NCBI GenBank assembly: GCA_965116905.1
Contig: OZ220732.1
Location: 2,720,001-2,784,000 of the forward strand
Length of the DNA stretch: 64,000 nucleotides
From: Longimicrobiales bacterium
GTDB taxonomy: Bacteria > Gemmatimonadota > Gemmatimonadetes > Longimicrobiales > Gaopeijiaceae
Direction of reading: 5' to 3'
The position numbers and the translations under genes were made by a program. The notes below the pieces were generated by a model. That model saw only the letters and a program-made list of their open reading frames with translations, had not been told where the DNA came from and did not search any database. Positions 36,171-46,284 of this stretch are shown one piece after another (the stretch's first letter is position 1; each line of letters begins with the position of its first letter).

Positions 36171-36974
36171 TCAGCTGCCGGAGAAGTCGGGCTTCCGCTT
36201 CTCGACGTACGCGTTCAGTCCCTCGGTGGCGTCGTCGCTGGCGAACAGCTGTTGCTGCAGCTCGCGCTCGAGCGCCAGCGCGGTCTCGAAGGGGATCTCG
36301 GCTCCGGTCTGTACCGACCGCTTGATCAGCCCGACCGCCTTGGAGGCGCGGTTCGGGGGACAGAAGGTGCGTGCGTAGTCGACCACCTTCGCCATGAAGT
36401 CGTCCAGCGTTTCCGTTTCCCACACCTGGTTGACGATGCCCAGCTCCAGGGCGCGGTCGAAGCCGAACGTGCTGCCGGTCGTCATCAGTTCGATCGCGGC
36501 GGCCTTGCCGACGAGCCGCGTGAGCCGCTGGGTGCCGCCAGTGCCGGGAAGAACGCCGAGATTGACCTCGGGCAGTCCGCACATGCTGCGGCCGGCGCGC
36601 GCGATCCGCATGTCGGCGGCCATCGCGATTTCGAGCCCGCCGCCTACTGTGTGGCCGTTCAGCGCGGCGATCGTCAGCTTCGGGGTGTGCTCGAGGCGGT
36701 TGAGCGTCTCGTTGGCGTGGAGGCAGAAGCAGTACTTGAAGCCCGTGGTCACGGTCGAGAGCATGCCGATATTGGCACCCGCCGAGAAGAACTTCTCGCC
36801 TTTGCCGGTCAGGACGATCACGTGGACATCGTCGTCGAAGCGCGCACGCAGAATCGCATCGTCGAGCTGGCGCATCATCTCGTGGGTATACGTGTTGGCG
36901 GGGGGGTCGTCCAGGGTGATCAGGGCGACGCCGTCCCCGGCGGCAGCGTAGCGAACAAGGGTCTTTTCGGACAT
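36171..36974 (-). CDS. Enoyl-CoA hydratase/isomerase
   Basis: FFSAGANI, VGGGLEIA, GLPEVNLGVLPGTGGTQRL. Confidence 0.9.
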   Translation of the reverse strand: MSEKTLVRYAAAGDGVALITLDDPPANTYTHEMMRQLDDAILRARFDDDVHVIVLTGKGEKFFSAGANIGMLSTVTTGFKYCFCLHANETLNRLEHTPKLTIAALNGHTVGGGLEIAMAADMRIARAGRSMCGLPEVNLGVLPGTGGTQRLTRLVGKAAAIELMTTGSTFGFDRALELGIVNQVWETETLDDFMAKVVDYARTFCPPNRASKAVGLIKRSVQTGAEIPFETALALERELQQQLFASDDATEGLNAYVEKRKPDFSGS

Positions 36975-37062
36975 CGGAAATCGATCCTTTGGAGGGTGTG
37001 GAGAGTGGAGCAAAGATAACACGGGGCTCAAGGAATTCCCGCGTGGCCGTTAGATTAGGCCC

Positions 37063-37851
37063 ATGCATGAAACCGACCTTCTCGTACGCGCCGGACGTGA
37101 CGCCGGGCCGCCCTGGGGGCGGGGCGTCCGCCGGGGCCCGGGCATTGCGCTGCTCGGTGTCGGGACCGCGATGCTCGCGGGGCTGTCGAGCGCGTGCCAC
37201 GAGACCCTGACCCAGGTCGATTCGCGGGTGGTGGCGCCGGCCACGCGGCCCGCGCTCGATATCGCGGCCAGCCTGCCGCGTCTTGCCGACCTGGTGACGG
37301 AGCAGGAGGGGGGCGCCGCCGAGACGACCCTCGGCCGATGGGAGGACTCCTGGAGCATGGCGATGGCCCCGGGCGGCCGCGTGCGCGCGGATATCTATCG
37401 TGCGGCCGGGGAACGGGGCCTGGCGTTCGATACGGCCGCGGCCCGCACCGCGCTCGAGGCACTACACGCGACGCTCGCCGAAATCGAGGGCGTTGCGCAT
37501 CCTCTGCCGCCGCACATCTCCCTGCGGCTCACGGAGGCGCAGCGTCTCCTTCGCGCTGCCGAAGCCGCGCATGAGGAGGGGGATGTGACCGAATCCGTGC
37601 TGGCGACGCTGCGATCCGCGGACGCGCTCCGCGGGACGACGCCGGCCGTGGTCGCGCTTGATCTTGTGGAGACGGCGGAGCGCGCGCTTGAGACCGCGCG
37701 TGACGAAGTGGAAGAGTCGGCACCCGCCGATCACGCGCGGGCACGCCGGCTCACGGAATGGGCGCGATCCGCAGTGGATATGGAGGACTACGAGAAAGCC
37801 ATTCAGCGCGCCTACTATGCTTGCAGGCTGCTTGGCCTCGACCTCCGGTGA
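37063..37851 (+). CDS. Hypothetical helical lipoprotein
   Basis: Hydrophobic stretch ending in LSSAC lipobox; Ala/Glu-rich helices; start uncertain. Confidence 0.6.
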   Translation: MHETDLLVRAGRDAGPPWGRGVRRGPGIALLGVGTAMLAGLSSACHETLTQVDSRVVAPATRPALDIAASLPRLADLVTEQEGGAAETTLGRWEDSWSMAMAPGGRVRADIYRAAGERGLAFDTAAARTALEALHATLAEIEGVAHPLPPHISLRLTEAQRLLRAAEAAHEEGDVTESVLATLRSADALRGTTPAVVALDLVETAERALETARDEVEESAPADHARARRLTEWARSAVDMEDYEKAIQRAYYACRLLGLDLR

Positions 37852-38016
37852 TGGCATGGGGAGCGCATGCAGAGCCCGGCACGTAGATTGTTCCGTGTGT
37901 GTCGAACGTAGCCCGTTAGTGAGAGCAGGGGCGCCGCGACCTCCGGGCCGGGAGTGCCGGGAGCCGGGGCGCGCCCGGATCCGACCCCGATGGAGGGTCA
38001 CACCGACCGCTATGGA

Positions 38017-39378
38017 ATGAGTGCCATGGACAGATCCTGTACGGAGAGATCGGGACGCGCCGGCGTGTCCGCCTTCGTCCTGCTTTGGCTTTCCGCCTTT
38101 TCCACGGCCGCCGCCGGCCAGGAGCACGTGGTCCGGGTGCCGGTGTCGGGCACCGTCGAGATGGGACTTGCCCCGTTCATCGAGCGCACGATCGAAGAGG
38201 CCGAGGCGGACGGGGCGGCCGCGGTCGTCCTTGAAATCGAGACCCCCGGCGGCCGCGTGGACGCGGCGGAACGGATCACCAGCGCCATCAGCCGCGCGGA
38301 ATTGCCGGTCTACGCCTACGTGAACCTGCACGCATACTCGGCGGGGGCGATGATCGCCCTGGCGACCGAGCGGGTGTTCATGAGGGAAGGGTCCGTCATG
38401 GGCGCGGCGACGCCCGTCGACGGGAGCGGCACGAAGGGTTCGGAGAAGATCGTGTCGGCGATGCGGGCCCGGATGCGCGCGCTTGCGGAGGCGCGTGATC
38501 TCGACCCCGCGGTGGCCGAGGCCATGGTGGACGAGGAGATCGCGATCGCGGGGGTGGTCGAAGAGGGGAAGCTGCTCACGCTGACGACCGCCGAAGCGGT
38601 CGGGCTCGGCTATGCGACCGCGGTGGACGATTGGGCCGATCTGATCGCGGTGCTCGAGCTGGAGCAGGCTCCGGTGAACGAGGCCACCGTCAACTGGGCC
38701 GAGCGCCTTGTCCGGTTTCTGACCAACCCGGTGATCGCCCCCTTCCTTCTTTCGCTGGGCTTTCTGGGCCTGATCGTCGAAGTCAAGACCGCGGGGTTCG
38801 GTCTGGCCGGGATCGCGGGACTCCTGTCCCTGGCGATGTTCTTCGGCGCCCACCTGTTGCTGGGGCTGGCCGGCGCGGAGGACCTCATCCTCGTGATGGC
38901 GGGCATCGTGCTCATCCTTGTCGAGATCTTCGTCATCCCCGGTTTCGGGATCTTCGGGATTCTCGGGGGATTGGCGCTCGTTGGAGGACTTGTCCTCGCC
39001 CAGGTGGGCGCCTACCCGACCGGGGCGGACTTCGCCCAGGCGGGTACCGTCATCACCGTGTCGACCATCCTGGTCGGGGTCGCCGCCTGGCTCATCCTGC
39101 GCTCGATCCCGGGCAGCTGGCGGTTGAAGCGCAGCGGGGTCCTGCTCCCCGAATCCACGGACCGCGACGAGGGCTACACGTCCGCGGACGTGCGCCTGGA
39201 TCTGGAGGGCGCCGTGGGCGTGGCGATCACGGACCTCCGGCCCGCCGGCGTGGGGCTCTTCACGGACGAGCGCATGGATGTCGTCTCGGAGAGCGAGTGG
39301 ATCGAGGAGGGCACGAAGATCCGGATCATCAGCGCAGAGGGATACCGGCACATCGTACGTGCCGTCAAATCAACATAA
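38017..39378 (+). CDS. nfeD: NfeD (long form) membrane-bound serine protease
   Basis: ETPGGRVD, AYSAGA, MGAATP, SEK, IPGFG TM block, TDLRPAG C-terminal OB domain; start approximate. Confidence 0.88.
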   Translation: MSAMDRSCTERSGRAGVSAFVLLWLSAFSTAAAGQEHVVRVPVSGTVEMGLAPFIERTIEEAEADGAAAVVLEIETPGGRVDAAERITSAISRAELPVYAYVNLHAYSAGAMIALATERVFMREGSVMGAATPVDGSGTKGSEKIVSAMRARMRALAEARDLDPAVAEAMVDEEIAIAGVVEEGKLLTLTTAEAVGLGYATAVDDWADLIAVLELEQAPVNEATVNWAERLVRFLTNPVIAPFLLSLGFLGLIVEVKTAGFGLAGIAGLLSLAMFFGAHLLLGLAGAEDLILVMAGIVLILVEIFVIPGFGIFGILGGLALVGGLVLAQVGAYPTGADFAQAGTVITVSTILVGVAAWLILRSIPGSWRLKRSGVLLPESTDRDEGYTSADVRLDLEGAVGVAITDLRPAGVGLFTDERMDVVSESEWIEEGTKIRIISAEGYRHIVRAVKST

Positions 39379-39393
39379 GGAACGGAACAGCAA

Positions 39394-40380
39394 ATGAACC
39401 CATTGATCATGCCCGCACTCATTGTCTTCCTGGTCTTCATCGGGATTCTCGTGCTAACCTGGGCGGTACCGGTCCGCCTGTGGATCGAGGCGATATTCTC
39501 CGGTGTGAGGCTCGGGCTCGGCAGTCTGGTCGGCATGCGCCTGCGCAAGGTCAGCCCGCCGGCGGTGGTGAGGCCGCTCATCGCGTCGACGAAGGCTGGC
39601 CTTCCGCTCGACGTTTCCCATCTCGAGGCCCACTACCTGGCCGGCGGCAGCGTGGACCGCGTGGTGCGGGCGCTGATCAGCGCCGACAAGGCCACGATCG
39701 ACCTGCCGTTCCAGCAGGCGGCGGCGATCGATCTGGCGGGTCGTGACGTCTTCGAGGCGGTCCAGGTTTCGGTCAACCCGAAGGTGGTGCAGACGCCCCG
39801 CGTGGCCGCGATGGCCAAGGACGGGATCCAGCTCATCGCCGTGGCCCGCGTGACCGTGCGCGCGAACATCAACCGCCTGGTCGGCGGTGCGGGGGAGGAG
39901 ACGATCCTGGCACGGGTCGGCGAGGGGATCGTGTCGACGATCGGGTCCGCGGACACGCACAAGAGCGTGCTCGAGAACCCCGACCTGATCTCCAAGAGCG
40001 TTCTGCAGAAGGGACTGGACTCGGGCACCGCGTTCGAAATCCTGTCCATCGACATCGCGGATGTGGACGTCGGCAAGAACATCGGGGCCGAGTTGCAGAC
40101 GGATCAGGCCGAGGCCGACAAGCGCGTCGCCCAGGCACGCGCCGAGGAGCGCCGGGCAATGGCCATGGCCCAGGAGCAGGAGATGAAGGCCCGCGTGGAG
40201 GAGATGCGGGCGGAGGTCATCGCGGCCGAGGCGCAGGTCCCGCTGGCGATGGCCGATGCGTTCCGCTCCGGGAACATGGGGATCATGGACTACGCGAGGT
40301 ACCGCAACATCGAGTCGGACACGCACATGAGACGCGCCATCTCCGAGGGCGAGCCCGACCAGCAGGCACCACCGAGCTGA
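39394..40380 (+). CDS. floA: Flotillin-like protein FloA (YqfA family)
   Basis: [45 protein letters not shown]. Confidence 0.93.
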   Translation: MNPLIMPALIVFLVFIGILVLTWAVPVRLWIEAIFSGVRLGLGSLVGMRLRKVSPPAVVRPLIASTKAGLPLDVSHLEAHYLAGGSVDRVVRALISADKATIDLPFQQAAAIDLAGRDVFEAVQVSVNPKVVQTPRVAAMAKDGIQLIAVARVTVRANINRLVGGAGEETILARVGEGIVSTIGSADTHKSVLENPDLISKSVLQKGLDSGTAFEILSIDIADVDVGKNIGAELQTDQAEADKRVAQARAEERRAMAMAQEQEMKARVEEMRAEVIAAEAQVPLAMADAFRSGNMGIMDYARYRNIESDTHMRRAISEGEPDQQAPPS

Positions 40381-40390
40381 GGACCCTGGC

Positions 40391-41092
40391 GTGGACATCA
40401 GATTCCTCCTGATCCTCGCGGTCGTGGCCGCGATCATGGAAATCCTGGGCAGGTTGGCGCGCAGGGGCGCCGGCACGGAGGCGCCCCGCGTGCCGGGAGC
40501 GGATACGGCCGATCCGTCGATGCCGCGGTTGGAGGATCTGGATTGGTTGCCCGGTGTTCACGAGGAGGAAGACGGGCAGCGGACAGGCCGGGACCCCGTG
40601 GTGCCGGAGAAGCCCGTGCCGGCGCCCGAGCCAACGCGGCCGCCGGTGCCTACGCGCGTGCCCGAGCCTACGCGCGTGCCCGAGCCGGTGCGAGTGCGGG
40701 AGCCGGCTCCGCAACCACGCTCCGCGCCACCGCGGCCAACGCCTCCCGCGGTGCCGCCGGACGGCTACCGGGACCGGGCTCCGCGGCCCGTCGTGGTCCG
40801 CTCGCGCGAGGCCCGTCCGATCGAGTCGCGGCGCCGGGAGCGAAGGCCGTCGGCAGCGGAAACGCGCGTCGCCGAGCGTGCGGCGGCGGGTACGGAGCAG
40901 TTGCTCAGGCGCCGGCGGGAACCTGAATCGGAGCGCGCGCCATCGGCCGAACGCGCGGGAGCGGCGGCGACCGGGGCCGGGCCCGGCGACCGGCTGGGCC
41001 TTGGATCGCGGAGAGGGTTGCGCAGGCTCGTCGTGGCCCGGGAGGTGCTGGGCCCGCCGCTCGCGTTGCGGGACAGCGAACGGCGGACGTAG
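40391..41092 (+). CDS. Membrane-anchored Pro/Arg-rich protein (YqfB-like position)
   Basis: N-terminal TM, C-terminal LRRLVVAREVLGPPLAL; third gene of the nfeD-floA operon. Confidence 0.65.
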   Translation: MDIRFLLILAVVAAIMEILGRLARRGAGTEAPRVPGADTADPSMPRLEDLDWLPGVHEEEDGQRTGRDPVVPEKPVPAPEPTRPPVPTRVPEPTRVPEPVRVREPAPQPRSAPPRPTPPAVPPDGYRDRAPRPVVVRSREARPIESRRRERRPSAAETRVAERAAAGTEQLLRRRREPESERAPSAERAGAAATGAGPGDRLGLGSRRGLRRLVVAREVLGPPLALRDSERRT

Positions 41093-41178
41093 GCGCCCTT
41101 CGGCCGGTTGACCTGTGGCCGGCCCGCGAACCGCGAACGGGCTAGCGAACCGGGGCCAGGCTGGCGAACCGGGGCCGG

Positions 41179-43980
41179 CTACATGGCTCCCGTGGCCAGC
41201 TTCCGGAGCACGGTGTGGAGGATGCCGCCGTTGCGGTAGTACTCCAGCTCGACGTCCGAGTCGAGGCGTACGACGGCCCGGAAGTCGGCGGCAACGCCGT
41301 CTTCCCTCGTCACGCGCACCCGAACCGTCCCGCCCGGCGTCAGGCCCTCGGCGATCCCGGTCAGGTCGTACTCTTCAAACCCCGTCAACCCCAGACGCTC
41401 GGCACCGTCCCCATCTGCGAACTGGAGCGGCAGCACGCCCATCCCCACCAGGTTCGAGCGGTGAATGCGTTCGTAGCTCTCGGCGATCACGGCCCTTACG
41501 CCGAGCAGCTGCGTGCCCTTCGCGGCCCAGTCGCGCGAGCTGCCGGTCCCGTATTCGCGGCCGGCGATCACGATCAGGGGGGTGCCGGCATCCCGGTAGC
41601 GCTCGGACGCGTCGAAAATCGTGGTCATTTCGCCGGTCGGCACGTGCACGGTGTAGCCGCCCTCCTTGTCGTCGAGCATGAGGTTCCGGAGGCGGACGTT
41701 GCCGAAGGTCCCGCGCATCATGACCTCGTGGTTGCCGCGGCGGGAGCCGAAGGTGTTGAAGCGGATCGGGTCGACGCCGTGATCCTGCAGGTAGCGGCCG
41801 GCGGGTTCGTTGCGCGGAATCGCTCCGGCGGGAGAGATGTGGTCCGTGGTGACGGTCTGTCCGAGGAGGGCGAGGACGCGCGCGCCGCGGACGTCCTGGA
41901 GCGGCGGCGGTTCGTCGCTCATGCCCTGAAAGAAGGGCGGGTTGCGGATATAGGTGGACTCCGGATCCCAGGCGTAGAGGTCCCCCTCCTCGGGCAGGGG
42001 AAGTGCCCGCCAATGCTCGTCGCCGTCGAAGACCCTGGCGTAGCGCTCGCGGTACATCTCGGGTCTGAGAGAAGTGGCGATGGTGTCGCGCACTTCCTCC
42101 GGGGTGGGCCAGATATCCGCCAGGAACACGGGACGGCCGTCGCGCCCCCGGCCCAGCGGCTCGTTGTACAGGTCGATGTCGATCCGTCCGGCCAGCGCGA
42201 AGGCGACCACCAGCATCGGCGAGGCGAGGTAGTTGGCACGGACCAGCGTGTGGATGCGGGCCTCGTAATTCCGGTTGCCCGAAAGGATCGACGCGACCAC
42301 GAGTCCGTGTTCGGAGACGGCTTCGGCGACGGCCTCGGGAAGGGGGCCGCTGTTGCCGATGCACGTCGTGCAGCCGTATCCCACGAGGTTGAAGCGCAGC
42401 TCTTCCAGGTATTCCATGAGCCCCGCGGCCTCCAGGTAGTCGGTGACGACCTGGGATCCGGGCGCCATGCTCGTCTTGACCCACGGTTGCACCTGCAGCC
42501 CCAGGGCGCGCGCCTTCCTGGCCATGAGTCCCGCGCCCACCATCACCGACGGGTTGGAGGTATTGGTGCAGCTGGTAATCGCGGCCACCACGATCGTGCC
42601 GTCGCCGATCTCGACGGTGCGGCCGTCGAGCTCGATGTCGACCGTTCTGCGCGTACTCGCGGCCACGGCCGTCCCGCCGCCCGCTCCACCGGCTCCGCCC
42701 GCGTTGCCACCCGCCGTGAACCCGCTGGGCACGAGGCCGGGGAGGTCTCGCGCGAAAGCCCGGCGGACATCGGTCAGGTCGATCCGGTCCTGCGGCCGCT
42801 TCGGCCCGGCCACGCTGGGCTCGATCGAGGACAGGTCCAGTTCCAGTGTGGACGTGTACTCCGGATCGGGAGTGTCGTCGGTGCGGAAAAGCCCCTGTTC
42901 GCGGGCGATCCGGTCGACGCGCTCCACCAGTTCCGGGCTTCTGCCGGTGCCGCGGAGGTACCGCAGCGTCTCTTCGTCGACGGGGAAGAAGCCGACCGTC
43001 GCGCCGTACTCCGGCGACATGTTGGCGAGCGTCGCCTTGTCGGGAAGGCTCAGGCCGGACAGGCCGGCGCCGTAGTACTCCACGAATCTGCCCACGACCC
43101 CGTGCGCGCGCAGGAGTTCGGTCACGCGCAGCACGAGGTCGGTCGCCGTGGCCCCTTCGGGGAGCGTCCCCGTGAGCTTCACGCCGACCACCTCGGGCAG
43201 CAGCATGTAGTACGGTTGCCCCAGCAGCACCGCCTCGGCCTCGATCCCTCCGACCCCCCAGCCGACGACGCCCAGCCCGTTGATCATCGTGGTGTGCGAA
43301 TCGGTCCCCACCACGGTGTCGGGATAGGCCAGATGGGTCCCGGCGTGTTCGCGCCGATGAATCACGGACGCCAGGTATTCCAGGTTGACCTGGTGCACGA
43401 TGCCCGTTCCGGGCGGCACGACGCTGTAGTTTTCGAAGGCCTCCTGGGCCCACCGGAGCAGGGCGTAGCGCTCCCGGTTCCGTTCGTATTCGCGGGCCAC
43501 GTTCTTTTCGAAGGCGTACCCGGTGCCGAAGAAGTCGACCTGTACGGAGTGGTCGATGACGAGGTCGGCGGGAACGAGCGGGTTGATCCGCGCGGGGTCG
43601 CCCCCCATCTCGCGGATCCCGTCGCGCATGGACGCAAGGTCGACGATCGCGGGAACGCCGGTGAAGTCCTGCAGGACCACCCGGGTGGGCATGAAGGGGA
43701 AGTCCGTGCCCGCGTTGCTCGGACTCCACGCCGCAACGGCCTCGACATGATCCGTGGACACGTAGCCGTCGCCGGCGTTGCGCAGCACGTTTTCGAGGAG
43801 CACGCGGATGGAGAAGGGAAGGCGGTCGAGCCGGACGAGGCCCTCTTCCTCCAGCCGCGCGAGGCGGTAGAAGGAAGTGGCGCCTTCGCTCAGGTCGACC
43901 GTGGCGAGAGCGCCGAGGGGATCGGTGGGGCGGGGCATTCGAATTCGCGTCCTCTTGACGGGTTGATCGGGGGTGTACAC
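41179..43980 (-). CDS. acnA: Aconitate hydratase A
   Basis: LQDFTGVP, DHSVQVD, GTDSHT, AITSCTNTSNP, YGCTTCIGNSG, GSSRDWAAKG; start may be 43938. Confidence 0.96.
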   Translation of the reverse strand: MYTPDQPVKRTRIRMPRPTDPLGALATVDLSEGATSFYRLARLEEEGLVRLDRLPFSIRVLLENVLRNAGDGYVSTDHVEAVAAWSPSNAGTDFPFMPTRVVLQDFTGVPAIVDLASMRDGIREMGGDPARINPLVPADLVIDHSVQVDFFGTGYAFEKNVAREYERNRERYALLRWAQEAFENYSVVPPGTGIVHQVNLEYLASVIHRREHAGTHLAYPDTVVGTDSHTTMINGLGVVGWGVGGIEAEAVLLGQPYYMLLPEVVGVKLTGTLPEGATATDLVLRVTELLRAHGVVGRFVEYYGAGLSGLSLPDKATLANMSPEYGATVGFFPVDEETLRYLRGTGRSPELVERVDRIAREQGLFRTDDTPDPEYTSTLELDLSSIEPSVAGPKRPQDRIDLTDVRRAFARDLPGLVPSGFTAGGNAGGAGGAGGGTAVAASTRRTVDIELDGRTVEIGDGTIVVAAITSCTNTSNPSVMVGAGLMARKARALGLQVQPWVKTSMAPGSQVVTDYLEAAGLMEYLEELRFNLVGYGCTTCIGNSGPLPEAVAEAVSEHGLVVASILSGNRNYEARIHTLVRANYLASPMLVVAFALAGRIDIDLYNEPLGRGRDGRPVFLADIWPTPEEVRDTIATSLRPEMYRERYARVFDGDEHWRALPLPEEGDLYAWDPESTYIRNPPFFQGMSDEPPPLQDVRGARVLALLGQTVTTDHISPAGAIPRNEPAGRYLQDHGVDPIRFNTFGSRRGNHEVMMRGTFGNVRLRNLMLDDKEGGYTVHVPTGEMTTIFDASERYRDAGTPLIVIAGREYGTGSSRDWAAKGTQLLGVRAVIAESYERIHRSNLVGMGVLPLQFADGDGAERLGLTGFEEYDLTGIAEGLTPGGTVRVRVTREDGVAADFRAVVRLDSDVELEYYRNGGILHTVLRKLATGAM

Positions 43981-44078
43981 GAAGCATGGCGACTCCCGGA
44001 GGGTTCAACAACGGGAGACGCTGGACTAACATAGTTCCGGTGCGGTCTCGCCTGCGGGGTTGGCGGGGTCGCACCCGG

Positions 44079-44162
44079 GCCGAGGTGGCGGAACCGGTAG
44101 ACGCGAAGGTCTCAAAAACCTTTGCCCTTGCGGGCGTGAGGGTTCGAGTCCCTCCCTCGGCA
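44079..44162 (+). tRNA. tRNA-Leu (CAA), no encoded CCA
   Basis: Acceptor GCCGAGG/CCTCGGC, anticodon arm AAGGT-CT-CAA-AA-ACCTT, long variable arm, T-loop TTCGAGT. Confidence 0.95.
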
Positions 44163-44346
44163 CTCATGGGCGGCGGCGGGGGTGGTCGGTTGCCGGGATC
44201 GTCCGGTGTTCGGGGGCAGGTTGCCTGGCGGCGGGCCGCGCCCATGCGCGTATGGGACAAAAGCCGAGGTCGGCGGCCGCCGCGCTTTCTGCGCATGCCG
44301 GCTGCGGGCTATCTTTGAGTGGAAGCGAAAAACCCGGGGGGGCGGT

Positions 44347-44382
44347 GCCGTAGCCCTGTCAATGGCCGCAGCCCTGTCAATG
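44347..44382 (+). repeat. 18-bp direct repeat GCCGYAGCCCTGTCAATG x2 just upstream of the DUF411 RBS
   Basis: Read directly from the sequence. Confidence 0.85.
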
Positions 44383-44399
44383 GCAAGGAAGGGAAGCGC

Positions 44400-44861
44400 A
44401 TGAACATCAAGAAACTGGCGGCCGGGGTCCTGCTCCTCGGCGGCGCGCTGCTGGTCGCGTCATTCCGGCCGGCGGGGCCGGACACGGACGCCGATATGCA
44501 CGTGTACAAGACCGCCACGTGTGGATGCTGCGCCAAGTGGGTGGATCACATGAGGGCCGCGGGCTTTACGGTGAGCGTCGAGAATGTGATGGACATCAAC
44601 GCCGTGAAGCGCCGGACCGGCGTGCCGCTGGATCTGGGGTCGTGCCATACCGCCGTGGTGGGAGACTACGTGATCGAGGGGCACGTTCCGGCCCGCGTCG
44701 TACGGGCGTTTCTCGATGAGGCTCCGGAGGTTCTGGGGATCGCCGTGCCGGGAATGCCCATCGGATCGCCGGGCATGGAAGGGCCGAATCCGCGCCCGTA
44801 CGATGTGCTCGCGTTCGACCGGGCCGGCAATCGGGGGGTGTTCGAGCGGGTCGAGCCGTAG
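44400..44861 (+). CDS. DUF411 (CopG-type) periplasmic metal-binding protein
   Basis: YKTATCGCCAKWVDHM, SCHTA, EGHVP, PGMPIGSPGME. Confidence 0.9.
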   Translation: MNIKKLAAGVLLLGGALLVASFRPAGPDTDADMHVYKTATCGCCAKWVDHMRAAGFTVSVENVMDINAVKRRTGVPLDLGSCHTAVVGDYVIEGHVPARVVRAFLDEAPEVLGIAVPGMPIGSPGMEGPNPRPYDVLAFDRAGNRGVFERVEP

Positions 44862-44887
44862 GTGTCCGTGGTAGCATTCACAACGAT

Positions 44888-44915
44888 TTCGCAGATTTGC
44901 GTTCCGTGGTAGAAT
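44888..44915 (+). promoter_or_regulatory. Extended -10 promoter for gltA (TGG-TAGAAT)
   Basis: TGn at 44907, TAGAAT at 44910-44915, weak TTCGCA -35. Confidence 0.45.
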
Positions 44916-44973
44916 AAGGGTCGCACACACGACCCCATCCCCCTACCCGGCACCGGCCCGGCCCGGAGACCCG

Positions 44974-46275
44974 ATGTCTCAGCACAACGCGAAGAACACC
45001 CTTTCCATTACCGACAACCGCACCGGACGACAGTACGAGGTGGAGGTCCGCGACGGCGACGTGATCCGCGCGATGGACCTGCGCCAGATCAAGGTCAACG
45101 AAGGCGACTTCGGGATGATGGCCTACGATCCCGGCTTCACCAACACGGCCTTCACCACCAGCCGCATCACCGAGGTCAAGGGGGGAAAGGGTATCCTGGA
45201 GTACCGGGGGTACCCGATCGAGCAGCTTGCCGAGCAGTCCAGTTTCCTGGAGGTCGCGTACCTGATTCTGAACGGGGAGCTCCCCGACAGGCGTGAACTC
45301 GACGATTTCGTGCACGACGTGACCTATCACACGTACGTGCACGAGAACGTGCTCACGATCCTCCAGGGCTTCCGGTACGATGCCCACGCCATGGGGATGA
45401 TGATCTCCACCGTGGCCGCGCTGTCGACCTTCTACCCCGAGGCCAAGAACATCGAGGATCCGGCCAATCGCAGGAGCCAGATCATCCGGCTCCTCGCCAA
45501 GATGCCGACCCTGGCGGCGTTCGCCTACCGGCATCACAAGGGCCTGCCATACGTCTATCCCGAGAACGGACTCTCGTATACGGCCAATTTCCTGAACATG
45601 CTCTTCCGGATCGGCGGGCGGGAGTATCAGCCGCACCCCGCGCTGGTGCGCGCGCTGGACATTCTCTTCATCCTGCACGCGGACCATGAACAGAACTGTT
45701 CGACGACCGCCATGCGGGTGATCGGAAGCTCACGGGGCGACCCCTACTGCGCCATGTCCGGAGCGATGGCGGCTCTGTACGGACCGCTGCACGGCGGGGC
45801 GAACGAGGCGGTGCTGCGGATGCTCACCGAGATCGGCACCACCGACAACATCCCCGCCTTCATGGACAGCGTGCGCAGGGGAGAGCGGCGCCTGATGGGG
45901 TTCGGGCACCGCGTCTACAAGGCGTATGACCCGCGCGCGACGATCATCAAGCGCGCCGCCGACGAGGTCTTCGAGGTGACCGGGCGCAACCCGCTGCTGG
46001 ATATCGCCCTGGAGCTGGAGAGGATCGCGCTGCAGGAGGAGTACTTCGTCAAGCGCAACCTCTATCCGAACGTGGACTTCTATTCGGGCCTGATCTACCA
46101 GGCCATGGGCTTCCCGGTCGAGCTGTTCCCGGTGCTCTTCGCGATACCGCGCACCGTTGGCTGGCTCGCGCAATGGGAGGAGATGGTCGTGGACCGCGAG
46201 CAGCGGATCGCACGGCCGCGCCAGGTGTTCCGGGGGCATGCCCGCCGCGACTACGTACCGATGGAGTCGCGCTGA
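44974..46275 (+). CDS. gltA: Citrate synthase
   Basis: YDPGF, LHADHEQNCST, GPLHGGANE, GFGHRVYK, YPNVDFYSG. Confidence 0.97.
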   Translation: MSQHNAKNTLSITDNRTGRQYEVEVRDGDVIRAMDLRQIKVNEGDFGMMAYDPGFTNTAFTTSRITEVKGGKGILEYRGYPIEQLAEQSSFLEVAYLILNGELPDRRELDDFVHDVTYHTYVHENVLTILQGFRYDAHAMGMMISTVAALSTFYPEAKNIEDPANRRSQIIRLLAKMPTLAAFAYRHHKGLPYVYPENGLSYTANFLNMLFRIGGREYQPHPALVRALDILFILHADHEQNCSTTAMRVIGSSRGDPYCAMSGAMAALYGPLHGGANEAVLRMLTEIGTTDNIPAFMDSVRRGERRLMGFGHRVYKAYDPRATIIKRAADEVFEVTGRNPLLDIALELERIALQEEYFVKRNLYPNVDFYSGLIYQAMGFPVELFPVLFAIPRTVGWLAQWEEMVVDREQRIARPRQVFRGHARRDYVPMESR

Positions 46276-46284
46276 GCGGGACGG

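Noticed and set aside
38017..41092. nfeD-floA-third gene operon as a novel system
   Set aside because: Matches the known yqeZ-yqfA-yqfB type arrangement
41215..44296. Very long alternative ORFs (939 aa on + and 973 aa on -) over acnA, and similar ones elsewhere (8000-10036, 26814-29177, 59269-61905)
   Set aside because: Shadow frames expected in high-GC coding DNA: Arg/Pro/Gly-rich, no motifs, fully overlapping well-supported genes
44079..44900. tRNA-Leu as an integration site for a genomic island
   Set aside because: No integrase, no duplicated tRNA 3' end noticed, and the flanks are housekeeping genes (acnA, gltA)
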